64,000 nucleotides of DNA from an uncultured Chloroflexia bacterium. GTDB lineage: Bacteria; Chloroflexota; Limnocylindria; Limnocylindrales; CSP1-4. The notes under the pieces were generated by a model. That model was not told the DNA's origin and ran no database searches. It saw only the letters and a program-made list of their open reading frames with translations. The position numbers were made by a program, and so were the translations under genes. The DNA lies in the NCBI GenBank assembly GCA_963828165.1, contig CAWHDR010000002.1:1-64000 (forward strand), in the 5' to 3' direction. Positions within the stretch are counted from its first letter, which is position 1, and each line of letters begins with the position of its first letter. Of this stretch, positions 9,581 to 18,141 are shown one piece after another.

Positions 9581-10810
9581 ATGGCCCAATCCCCTTCCCT
9601 TCGGGTGGACCGCCGACCCGTGCGGGTCGGCGTGGCGGGCCTCGGGGCGGTCGCCCAGGCCGTCCACCTGCCCCTGTTGGCGCGTCTCCCCGGCACGTTC
9701 GAGCTCGCCGCGATCTGCGACCTGTCGACGGCGCTGACGACGGCCCTTGGGGAGCGATACCGGATCCCGGCCCAGCACCGGTACCGGGATGTCATGACCA
9801 TGCTCGACAGCGTGGAGCTCGACGGCCTGGTCGTGCTCACCTCCGGGTCGCACGGTGACGTGGCGCTCGCGGCGCTCGAGCGCGGGCTTGCCGTCCTGTC
9901 CGAGAAACCACTCGCGTCGACGCGTGCCGAGGCCGATCGTCTTACGGCCGTCGAAGGGCCCGATCGTGACGGCGAGCGGCTGATGGTCGGGTACATGAAG
10001 CTGTTCGACCCCGCCGTCGAGGAGGCGGTCCGTGTGGCCCGGGACCCGGATGCGCCCATGGGCGCGCTGCGGGCGGTCGAGGTGACGGTCCTCCACCCCT
10101 CGAGCGAGAGCCAGCTCGCACATGCCCACTTGCTGCCGCCGCCCGAAGACATCGATGCCGCGACACTCGCGAGCCTTCGGGGACGCTCGAGCGACCTCGA
10201 CACCGAGGCGCTGGGCGCTGGCGCGTCATCGCTCGGCCCGCTGTACAGCGGCATCCTGCTTGGCAGCGTCGTCCACGATCTCGCGGTGGTTCGAGCGGTC
10301 GCCGGCGACCCGACCGAGATCGACCACGTTGCGACCTGGCCCGAGGGTGCCTGGCCTCCGTCTGTCGCCATCGAAGGGCGCCTGGCGGGGGACGCGCGCC
10401 TCTCGATCGGGTGGCATTTCCTGCCCGACTACCCCGCGTACCGCGAGGACGTCCGCTTCCACTTCGAGCGCGGCTCCGTGGAGCTGTCCTTCCCGGCGCC
10501 CTACCGCCTGCACGAGCCGACGGGCCTGGTGGTCTCCACGGGTCACGGCGAGACCCGCCGGCGGATCCTGCTGGATTCGATCGAGGAGGCGTTCGAACGT
10601 GAGCTCCTCGCGTTCGCGTCGATGATCACGGATGGCACTCGCGCCCGGTCGGGCATCGCCGATGGCCGTGCCGACATCCTCACCTGCCAGCGCATCGTCG
10701 CGCGCCTGGCGCTCGATCGCGGGGTCGAGATCGGCGGTGAGGCCGCCGAGGCCGCGGCGACGACTCCCACCAGGGACGGGACTGCCGCCGCGCCCAGCGC
10801 GACCGCATGA
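9581..10810 (+). CDS. Gfo/Idh/MocA family oxidoreductase
   Basis: VGVAGLGAVA Rossmann motif, SEKP, VGYMKLFDP, VHDL. TATACT lies 7 nt before the ATG. Confidence 0.9.
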   Translation: MAQSPSLRVDRRPVRVGVAGLGAVAQAVHLPLLARLPGTFELAAICDLSTALTTALGERYRIPAQHRYRDVMTMLDSVELDGLVVLTSGSHGDVALAALERGLAVLSEKPLASTRAEADRLTAVEGPDRDGERLMVGYMKLFDPAVEEAVRVARDPDAPMGALRAVEVTVLHPSSESQLAHAHLLPPPEDIDAATLASLRGRSSDLDTEALGAGASSLGPLYSGILLGSVVHDLAVVRAVAGDPTEIDHVATWPEGAWPPSVAIEGRLAGDARLSIGWHFLPDYPAYREDVRFHFERGSVELSFPAPYRLHEPTGLVVSTGHGETRRRILLDSIEEAFERELLAFASMITDGTRARSGIADGRADILTCQRIVARLALDRGVEIGGEAAEAAATTPTRDGTAAAPSATA

Positions 10811-13620
10811 CGACGGCCAGGCCGGCGACCGGCCGCACGATCGTCCATCTGATCCCGCACACCCACTGGGACCGGGAGTGGTACGAGCCGTTCCAGACCT
10901 TCCGATTGCGCCTGGTGGATCTCGTCGACGAGCTGCTGGCACGCATGGAAGCGGACGGTCGGCTGCGATTCACGCTGGACGGGCAGTGTGCGACGGTGGA
11001 TGACTACCTCGAGGTCCGGCCGGAAGCCGAGCCGTTGATCCGCCGGCTCGTCGCCGAGGGCCGGCTCGCGATCGGGCCGTGGCAGATCCTCATGGACGAG
11101 TTCCTCGTCTCAGGCGAGACCCTGGTCCGCAACCTGGAGCTCGGCTGGGCTCGGGCCACGGAGCTCGGCGGCGCGATGCGGGTCGGCTACCTGCCCGACA
11201 TGTTCGGCCACGTCGCGCAGATGCCACAGATCCTGCGGGGGGCCGGCATCGACCGGGCCGTCGTCTGGCGAGGCGTCCCCGCGGTCGTCGACCGCAACAC
11301 CTTCGCCTGGGAGTCGCCCGACGGCTCCGTGGTCGAAGCCGAGTACCTCGTGGGCGGCTACGGCAACGGTGCCCACCTCTTCGACGTCCCGGGCCGGCTG
11401 AAGGCGAAGCTCGCCGAGCACGTCGACGCGAACGAGCCGTTCTATGGCCGGCACTCGATCCTCGCGATGTACGGCACCGACCACGCGGTCCCCTCCCCTC
11501 GCCTCGCGGATCTCGTCGACGCCATCAACGCCGACGACTCGCCGGTCGTCGTCCGGCTGGAGACGCTCGCCGAGTACGCGGCCCGGACGGACATCGAGCC
11601 ATCGAGGGGCGTCGGGTCGCATTGGACCGGCGAGCTCCGCTCCGGGGCACGCGCGAACATGCTGATGAACGTCACGTCGGCGCGGGTCGACGTGAAGATC
11701 GCCGCGGGCCGCGCGGAACGGCTCCTCGAACGGTACGCCGAGCCGCTCACCGCTCTGCACGCCACGGCTTGGCCGGGGCGACCGCTCGAGCTGGCCTGGC
11801 GGCGGCTGGTGGACAACTCTGCCCATGATTCGATCTGCGGCTGCGCCCACGACGATGTCGTCGCGCAGGTCCTGACCAGGTACGCGGAAGCGGAGCAGAT
11901 CGGGCGGGGCGTGCTGTCCCGCACGCTCGGCGAGATTGCGAGCCAGGTCCCGACCGGCAGCTGGGCGGCCATCAATCCCTCGCCCGCTCCGCGCGAGGAC
12001 TTCGTGGAATTTGACGTGGCGGTCCCGCCGGAATGGGAGTCCGTCGAGCTCCGCTCCGGTGATCGCCGCATCTCGTCGCAGGAATGCGGCCGGGCCGACC
12101 CGGTGGTCGCCGATCTCAAGCTCCATGGCTCCGAGATCCCCGAGCTGTTCCGTCGTCGGCGGCACGGCCGTGAGCTGTTCGGGCGCCAGATCAATTCGAT
12201 CGAGATCCAACCCGACCACCCCGACGGGACGCCGACCGTGCGCGTGTTCGCCGATGACATCGCCGACCCGCCCGAGCTCGACGTCGAGGAGCTGCTCGGC
12301 CACGTCGACGCGGCCGTCCTGGCGCGACCGGACGAAGCGTGGCGGCTCACGGTCCGCGCCGCGGAGCGTCGCCGGATCCTTGCCTGTGTGCCGATGCCCG
12401 CGCTCGGCTGGTCGGCGATCGAAGTCGTCGCCGGGGGAGCCGCCGATGTGACGGGCCCGGAGCCCGTGGCCGATGCCGTGACCCACGGGGAGCGTCGCCT
12501 CGACAACGGGATCGTCGCCATCGAGGTGGACGACGACGGCACGTTCCGGCTCGAGGGTGGGGGTGTGACGCTCGAGGGGGTCGGGCGGATCGTCGACGGC
12601 GGGGACCTGGGTGACAGCTACAACTACGGCCCGCCGAACCCCGATGTCATCGTCCAGAGACCCACGGAGATCGAGGTCGTGGCGGGACCGTCCGGCGCGC
12701 TCCGCGGGCGCCTGACGATCCGGCGCCGCTTCGAGTGGCCGGTCGGGATCGACCCGCGCGCGCGCGTTCGGACCGACGCCACCGTCCCGACCGACGTCAT
12801 CACGACGCTCGAGCTCCAGGCCGGCGAGCCCTTCGTCAGGGTGGAGGTGAGCTTCGAGAACCGGTCGCGCGATCACCGGGTCCGATTTCACGTGCCGCTT
12901 TCGGAGGCAGCGACGGGGAGTTCGGCGCAGGGCCAGTTCGCCGTCGTCGACCGAGGTCTCGAAGTCGAGGGCGGGCACGGCGAGGTTCCGCTGGCGACCT
13001 TCCCCGCCCATGGCTTCGTCCAGACCGAGGGCGTCAGCGCGCTGCTCGATCACATCGTCGAGTACGAGGTCGTCGAAGGGCGCGAGCTGGCGCTCACGCT
13101 GCTTCGGTCGTTCGGCTGGATCAGCCGCAACGCCAACCCGTACCGCGAGGACCCGGCAGGCCCGGAGGTGCCGGTGCCCGGAGCGCAGCTGATCGGCGAG
13201 CGGTCGATGCGCTTCGCGCTCATGCCCCATGCCGGCTCGTGGGCCACGGCGTCAGTCGTGCCGAACGCCGAGCGTTACCAGCACGGGGTGCTCGTCGTGC
13301 GCGGCACGGCACCGCTCGGCGATCAGGTCGCCTCGGGGGCCGCCCATGCCGAGGCCGCCGCCCCGACCGATGAAGGCCTGGCCATCGCGGGCGACGGCAT
13401 CGTGCTGACCGCGCTCCGGCGCCGTGGCGAGTGGCTGGAGCTGCGAGTGGTCGCGGAGACCATGAGCCCGACGGAGGCCGTGATCCGGGGGCCGTTCGAC
13501 GAGGCACGCGACGCCGATCTGCTCGGCCGCCCGATGGGCGCGCTGACGAGCGAGCCGGGCGTCCTGCGCCTCTCCCTGCGCCCGTGGGAGATCCGGACGA
13601 TCCACCTGCGCTCTGCCTGA
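10807..13620 (+). CDS. GH38 alpha-mannosidase (MngB-like)
   Basis: HTHWDREWY, FTLDGQ, YLPDMFGH and HDSICGC motifs. Confidence 0.92.
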   Translation: MTTARPATGRTIVHLIPHTHWDREWYEPFQTFRLRLVDLVDELLARMEADGRLRFTLDGQCATVDDYLEVRPEAEPLIRRLVAEGRLAIGPWQILMDEFLVSGETLVRNLELGWARATELGGAMRVGYLPDMFGHVAQMPQILRGAGIDRAVVWRGVPAVVDRNTFAWESPDGSVVEAEYLVGGYGNGAHLFDVPGRLKAKLAEHVDANEPFYGRHSILAMYGTDHAVPSPRLADLVDAINADDSPVVVRLETLAEYAARTDIEPSRGVGSHWTGELRSGARANMLMNVTSARVDVKIAAGRAERLLERYAEPLTALHATAWPGRPLELAWRRLVDNSAHDSICGCAHDDVVAQVLTRYAEAEQIGRGVLSRTLGEIASQVPTGSWAAINPSPAPREDFVEFDVAVPPEWESVELRSGDRRISSQECGRADPVVADLKLHGSEIPELFRRRRHGRELFGRQINSIEIQPDHPDGTPTVRVFADDIADPPELDVEELLGHVDAAVLARPDEAWRLTVRAAERRRILACVPMPALGWSAIEVVAGGAADVTGPEPVADAVTHGERRLDNGIVAIEVDDDGTFRLEGGGVTLEGVGRIVDGGDLGDSYNYGPPNPDVIVQRPTEIEVVAGPSGALRGRLTIRRRFEWPVGIDPRARVRTDATVPTDVITTLELQAGEPFVRVEVSFENRSRDHRVRFHVPLSEAATGSSAQGQFAVVDRGLEVEGGHGEVPLATFPAHGFVQTEGVSALLDHIVEYEVVEGRELALTLLRSFGWISRNANPYREDPAGPEVPVPGAQLIGERSMRFALMPHAGSWATASVVPNAERYQHGVLVVRGTAPLGDQVASGAAHAEAAAPTDEGLAIAGDGIVLTALRRRGEWLELRVVAETMSPTEAVIRGPFDEARDADLLGRPMGALTSEPGVLRLSLRPWEIRTIHLRSA

Positions 13621-13676
13621 AAGACGCTCGGCGACGAGCCGCTCGCCGGCACCGCGACTGCGATGCGGCCGCAACG

Positions 13677-13729
13677 TTGACAGAACATCCGAGCGGACTC
13701 TAGGCTCGCCCGTGATGGCAACTTGCCAT
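13677..13729 (+). promoter_or_regulatory. Sigma70-type promoter with downstream palindromic operator for the sugar ABC operon
   Basis: TTGACA(13677)-N18-TAGGCT(13701), followed by ATGGCAA-C-TTGCCAT (13715-13729). Confidence 0.7.
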
Positions 13730-13949
13730 TGGCCTTTCCAGTCCGCCCGACCCCCAGCGGCGGGAGACCGTGGAGGAGCCGGGAGCGACCGTTGGCAGGC
13801 CGACGACCTTCGATGTGAAGCGAGGCGTCGGTCACGCGGCCCGCACCGAGGAGGAGACCGCGAATGGTCATGCGTTCGACCGCAAGTCGCGCCACGTCAT
13901 GGACCCACCCGACGTCCGGGTCGAGGGCCATTCCCCAAGGAGTTTGTCG

Positions 13950-15296
13950 ATGACCCGATCCTTACGATTCTCCGCGTTGTTCCTGGCGGCTGCCCTGCTG
14001 GCGACAGCATGCGGCCCCGCCGGAACGACCCTCCCGCCCGCGAGTGGCGGCCCGGCCGGCAGCGCGCCCGCGAGCGGCCCCGCGACCAGCGTCGAGCCGG
14101 GCCCCGCGGGCTCGATCAACGTCCTGTCGCTGTGGGGCGGCAGCGAGGAGCAGGCCTTCCAGGCCGTCCTCGCCGACTTCACCGAGAAGACCGGCATCAC
14201 GGTCAACTACGAGGCTGACCGCCAGACCTACTCCACGACCCTCCAGTCCCGGATCACCGGTGGCAACCCGCCGGACATCGGGATCATCCCGGGCATCGGC
14301 TTCCTGCGCCGATTCGCCAAGGACGGCTCGCTCAAGAAGCTGTCCGACCTGGGCGTCGATACGTCCGGCCTCGCGGCGAACTACCCCGAAGGCTTCCTCG
14401 GTGCGGGTTCGGTCGATGGCGAGCTGTATGCCGTCCCGGCCAAGTACAACAACAAGGGCACGATGTGGTACCGCCCCGACCTCTTCACGGAGAATGGCGT
14501 CACCACCAACCCGACCACCTGGGATGAGTTCAAGGCGGCGCTCGACGCCAACGTGGACAAGCCCGGAGCGATGGCGCTCGGCGCCAAGGACGACTGGAAC
14601 CTGACGGACTGGTTCGAGAACATCTATATCCGCCAGGCCGGCGTCGAGGCCTACGACAAGCTGTTCAGCGCCGAGGGCGACTGGGCCGACCCGTCGGTCC
14701 AGACCACGGTCACCACGATGCTCGAGGTCATCAACGACAAGTACGTCGTCGGTGGCATCGACGCAGCCGTCGGCCGCGCTTGGACGGACGCCATCGCCCA
14801 GGTCTTCAAGCCTGAGCCCGAGGCAGCCGTCTTCTACGAGGGTGGCTTCGTCGGCGGCATCGCGACCGGCCAGACCAACACGGCCCTGGTGATCGGGGAG
14901 ACCATCGATTGGTTCCCATTCCCGACGCTCGGCAACACCGAAGATGTGACCACCTTCGGTGGCGACGTCGTTGGTGCCTTCACCGACAGCGAGGGCGCCA
15001 AGGCCTTCGTCGAGTACATCGTCACGCCCGAGGCCAACCAGGTCTGGGCGGGGACCGGCGCCATCGTGTCGCCGCACAAGGGTGTCGGCACGGACGCGTA
15101 CCCGAACGAGCTCGTTGTCCGTGAGGCCGAGTCCCTCACGAACGCTGCCCAGATCCGCTACGACGGCGCCGACCTCCTGCCTGCCGGCATCGCCGGTGAG
15201 AGCCTGGGTGCCCTGCTCCAGCGCGCCATCCGTGGCGACACCATCGATTGGGCGGACTACCAGACGCGCGTGAAAGCCGCCTGGGACGCCGAGTGA
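13950..15296 (+). CDS. Carbohydrate ABC transporter substrate-binding lipoprotein
   Basis: AAGGAG RBS, lipobox LATAC, GNPPDI, W..TDWFEN motifs resembling AglE-type binding proteins. Confidence 0.9.
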   Translation: MTRSLRFSALFLAAALLATACGPAGTTLPPASGGPAGSAPASGPATSVEPGPAGSINVLSLWGGSEEQAFQAVLADFTEKTGITVNYEADRQTYSTTLQSRITGGNPPDIGIIPGIGFLRRFAKDGSLKKLSDLGVDTSGLAANYPEGFLGAGSVDGELYAVPAKYNNKGTMWYRPDLFTENGVTTNPTTWDEFKAALDANVDKPGAMALGAKDDWNLTDWFENIYIRQAGVEAYDKLFSAEGDWADPSVQTTVTTMLEVINDKYVVGGIDAAVGRAWTDAIAQVFKPEPEAAVFYEGGFVGGIATGQTNTALVIGETIDWFPFPTLGNTEDVTTFGGDVVGAFTDSEGAKAFVEYIVTPEANQVWAGTGAIVSPHKGVGTDAYPNELVVREAESLTNAAQIRYDGADLLPAGIAGESLGALLQRAIRGDTIDWADYQTRVKAAWDAE

Positions 15297-15325
15297 CCCT
15301 GGGACACACCTGAGGTCTAGCACCC

Positions 15326-15355
15326 GACGCGGGCGGCCACATGGCCGCCCGCGTC
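15326..15355 (+). terminator. GC-rich stem-loop after the binding-protein gene (mRNA stabiliser or partial terminator)
   Basis: gacgcgggcggcc-acat-ggccgcccgcgtc perfect inverted repeat, no long U-tract. Confidence 0.7.
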
Positions 15356-15415
15356 TGAATCTCGCGGGAAGGAGGGCGATCCGTGCAAGCCGATCCACCC
15401 GGTGGGATCGAGCGG

Positions 15416-16369
15416 ATGGCAGTCAGTGAGTTGCCACTCGCCGCACCCGCCAAGACGCCGGCTCCCCAGCCGGCCGGGCGGCGCTACGACAAGACGACCC
15501 TGCTCTTCCTTGGACCGCCGGCGATCCTGCTGGCGATCTTCCTCGTCTACCCCACGATCTACACCATCGCTCTCAGCTTCAACCGCGGCCGGCGCGGCGA
15601 GTTCACCGAGTGGGTCGGCTTCAGCCACTACATCAACCTGCTGACCGGCGACAAGAGCTTCCTCGACGTCGGGGTCTTCCCGCCCGAGGGCGCCATCTGG
15701 AACAACCTCCTGTGGGCGATCTTCTACACGACCCTGGTGATCTTCCTGGGGCTCGTCGTCGCCGTCCTGGCGTCGCGTGTGCGCTACGAATCGATCATCA
15801 AGGCCGTCGTCTTCCTGCCGATGGCGATCGCGGCCACGGCGCTGGCGATCATCTGGAATTTCGTCTACGCCCCGGACACCAATATCGGCCTGCTGAACGC
15901 GATCCTGGATCCGTTCACGGAGCGCGGGATCTCCTGGCTCGGCAACCCATCCCTCGTCAACGCGGCGCTGATCGCCGCCGGCATCTGGGGATCGGTCGGG
16001 TTCGCCACGGTGATCCTGTCCGCGGCGCTGAAGAGCATCCCGAGCGAGATCCTCGAGGCCGCCCGCGTGGATGGGGCGACCGAGCGCCAGGTCTTCTTCG
16101 GGATCATCATCCCGATGGTCAGCCTGCCGATCTCCGTCCTGGCCGTCACGCTCCTCGTCAACGTCGTCAAGCTGTTCGACCTGATCTATGTCCTGACGAA
16201 CGGCGGGCCAGGCGTCAAGAGCCGGGTCATCGCGTTCACGATGTATTACGAGTCGATCCCGGGAGGTCAATTCGGCCGAGGCGCCGCGGTCGCGGTGATC
16301 ATGCTGATCCTGTTGCTCCCGATCATGGCCTACAACATCAGGCGATTCCGCAGCTCGAGGGTGACGTAG
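15416..16369 (+). CDS. Carbohydrate ABC permease (MalF-like)
   Basis: TM helices, EAARVDGA EAA loop, FDLIYVLTNGGPG. Confidence 0.92.
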   Translation: MAVSELPLAAPAKTPAPQPAGRRYDKTTLLFLGPPAILLAIFLVYPTIYTIALSFNRGRRGEFTEWVGFSHYINLLTGDKSFLDVGVFPPEGAIWNNLLWAIFYTTLVIFLGLVVAVLASRVRYESIIKAVVFLPMAIAATALAIIWNFVYAPDTNIGLLNAILDPFTERGISWLGNPSLVNAALIAAGIWGSVGFATVILSAALKSIPSEILEAARVDGATERQVFFGIIIPMVSLPISVLAVTLLVNVVKLFDLIYVLTNGGPGVKSRVIAFTMYYESIPGGQFGRGAAVAVIMLILLLPIMAYNIRRFRSSRVT

Positions 16370-17257
16370 ATGACGGCTGTCGCAGAGCCGCGGGTGACCG
16401 CTCGGGAGCGGACCACCAGCGAGCGGATCGTCCGGTTCCTCAACAAGACGCCCATCCACATCGCCCTGGGGATCATCGCCCTGATCTGGCTGGCGCCCAC
16501 GATCGGGCTCTTCGTGACCTCGTTCCGACCACGCAGCGACATCCAGGTGACGGGCTGGTGGGAGAGCTTCCTGCAATTCCGGTACACGCTCTCCAACTAC
16601 CAGGAGGTGCTCAGCGGGCAGGGCATGCTGCAGGCGTTCCTCAACACCCTGCTCATCGCCGTGCCGTCCACCCTCATCCCGCTGGTGCTCGCGTCGATGG
16701 CCGCCTACGCCTTCTCGTGGCTGCACTTCCCCTTCCGCGATGGGCTCTTCCTGCTCGTCGTGGCGCTGCTGATGATCCCGGCACAGGTCGCGTTCATCCC
16801 GCTCCTCAAGCTGTTTGCCCCGACCGGGCTGCTCAACAGCTACGGGGCGATCTGGCTGACCCACACGGCGTTCGCGCTGCCATTCGGGATCTTCCTGTTA
16901 CGCAACTTCTTCATCACGTTGCCGCGTGACCTCATCGAGGCCGCCCGCATCGACGGCTCGTCGACGATCGGGATCTTCCGCACGATCGTGGTGCCACTGT
17001 CCGTCCCGGCCATCGCCGCCTACGGGATCTTCCAGTTCCTGTGGGTCTGGAACGATCTCCTGATGGCCCTGGTGTTCGTCCAGGACGGCTCGCAGTGGCC
17101 CATGACGAAGGCGATCCAGAACCTGCTCAGTCAGTACGGCACGGAATGGCATCTGCTGGCTGCGGGCGCCTTCATCCTGATGGCCGTTCCGCTCGCGGTG
17201 TTCTTCAGCCTGCAGCGCTACTTCGTCCAGGGATTGCTGGCCGGATCCGTCAAGTAG
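16370..17257 (+). CDS. Carbohydrate ABC permease (MalG-like)
   Basis: EAARIDGS, WVWNDLL, QRYFVQGL. Confidence 0.92.
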   Translation: MTAVAEPRVTARERTTSERIVRFLNKTPIHIALGIIALIWLAPTIGLFVTSFRPRSDIQVTGWWESFLQFRYTLSNYQEVLSGQGMLQAFLNTLLIAVPSTLIPLVLASMAAYAFSWLHFPFRDGLFLLVVALLMIPAQVAFIPLLKLFAPTGLLNSYGAIWLTHTAFALPFGIFLLRNFFITLPRDLIEAARIDGSSTIGIFRTIVVPLSVPAIAAYGIFQFLWVWNDLLMALVFVQDGSQWPMTKAIQNLLSQYGTEWHLLAAGAFILMAVPLAVFFSLQRYFVQGLLAGSVK

Positions 17258-17262
17258 GCAGG

Positions 17263-18135
17263 GTGGTTCCCGCCCCGCCGACCGTCCGGGTCGCCACCTG
17301 GAATATCCGGGCGGCCATCGGCCCGCAGGAGCCGTTCCCGCCTGCCTGGTGGCGGCACGTCCGGCGCGATCGGTTCGAACGCATCGCGCAGCAGATCGTC
17401 GATCTCGACGCCGACATCGTCGCGCTGCAGGAGGTCGCCCTGCTGACGCCGGACGGCGAGCTGCTCGACCAGCCGCTCGAGCTCGCGCGGCTGACCGGTC
17501 GGCAGGTCCGGTATTCGGCCGTGCACGCATTCGCGCTGGTCGAACCCGAGACCGGCCGATCGATCGGCGCCGCGACGTGGGGCAACGCCGTCCTGACGCG
17601 GGTGCCGGTCGACGACGGCTTCGCGGTCGGGCTGCCGCTGGGCGGCGACGACGAGGCGGTCGAACCGGAGGGCAGCGGTGGCGTCCTCGCCGGCGTGACC
17701 TTCGCCGAGGCGCCGTACGGCACCCGCGAACCGCGCTGTGCGCTGGGCGGCCGCATTTCCGGGCCGTGGGGAGACCTCACGATCGTCAACGCCCACCTCA
17801 CCTACGCCGGGACCGAGCAGCGACGGGCGCAGGCCGACGAGCTGGCGCGGATCGCCGACGGCCTGGATGCGCCACTCGTGGTGACCGGCGACTTCAACGC
17901 GGCCATCGAGGCACCCGCCCTGCGTTCCCTCGCGAGCGCCTTCGATGACGCCTTCAGCGCGGTCGGCATCGAGGCCGGCGACCCGCGCCGGGCCTCGTGC
18001 GGGCCGCTCCGGATCGACCACCTGCTCAGCCGCGGCCTGCGGGCCATCGAATGCCGCGTCGTGCCCGAAGCGGGCGACGCGTCCGACCATCTGCCGGTCG
18101 TCGCCACGTTCGAGGTGCTGCGGGGCCCTGGCTGA
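17263..18135 (+). CDS. Endonuclease/exonuclease/phosphatase family protein
   Basis: ATWNI, DIVALQEV, GDFN, RIDH and ASDHLPV motifs. Confidence 0.88.
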   Translation: MVPAPPTVRVATWNIRAAIGPQEPFPPAWWRHVRRDRFERIAQQIVDLDADIVALQEVALLTPDGELLDQPLELARLTGRQVRYSAVHAFALVEPETGRSIGAATWGNAVLTRVPVDDGFAVGLPLGGDDEAVEPEGSGGVLAGVTFAEAPYGTREPRCALGGRISGPWGDLTIVNAHLTYAGTEQRRAQADELARIADGLDAPLVVTGDFNAAIEAPALRSLASAFDDAFSAVGIEAGDPRRASCGPLRIDHLLSRGLRAIECRVVPEAGDASDHLPVVATFEVLRGPG

Positions 18136-18141
18136 GGCGGC

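Noticed and set aside
11110-13230. 706-aa minus-strand ORF, and similar long ORFs at 54205-56100, 56724-58376 and 58826-60691
   Set aside because: Antisense to well-supported genes; expected from stop-codon scarcity at this GC content.
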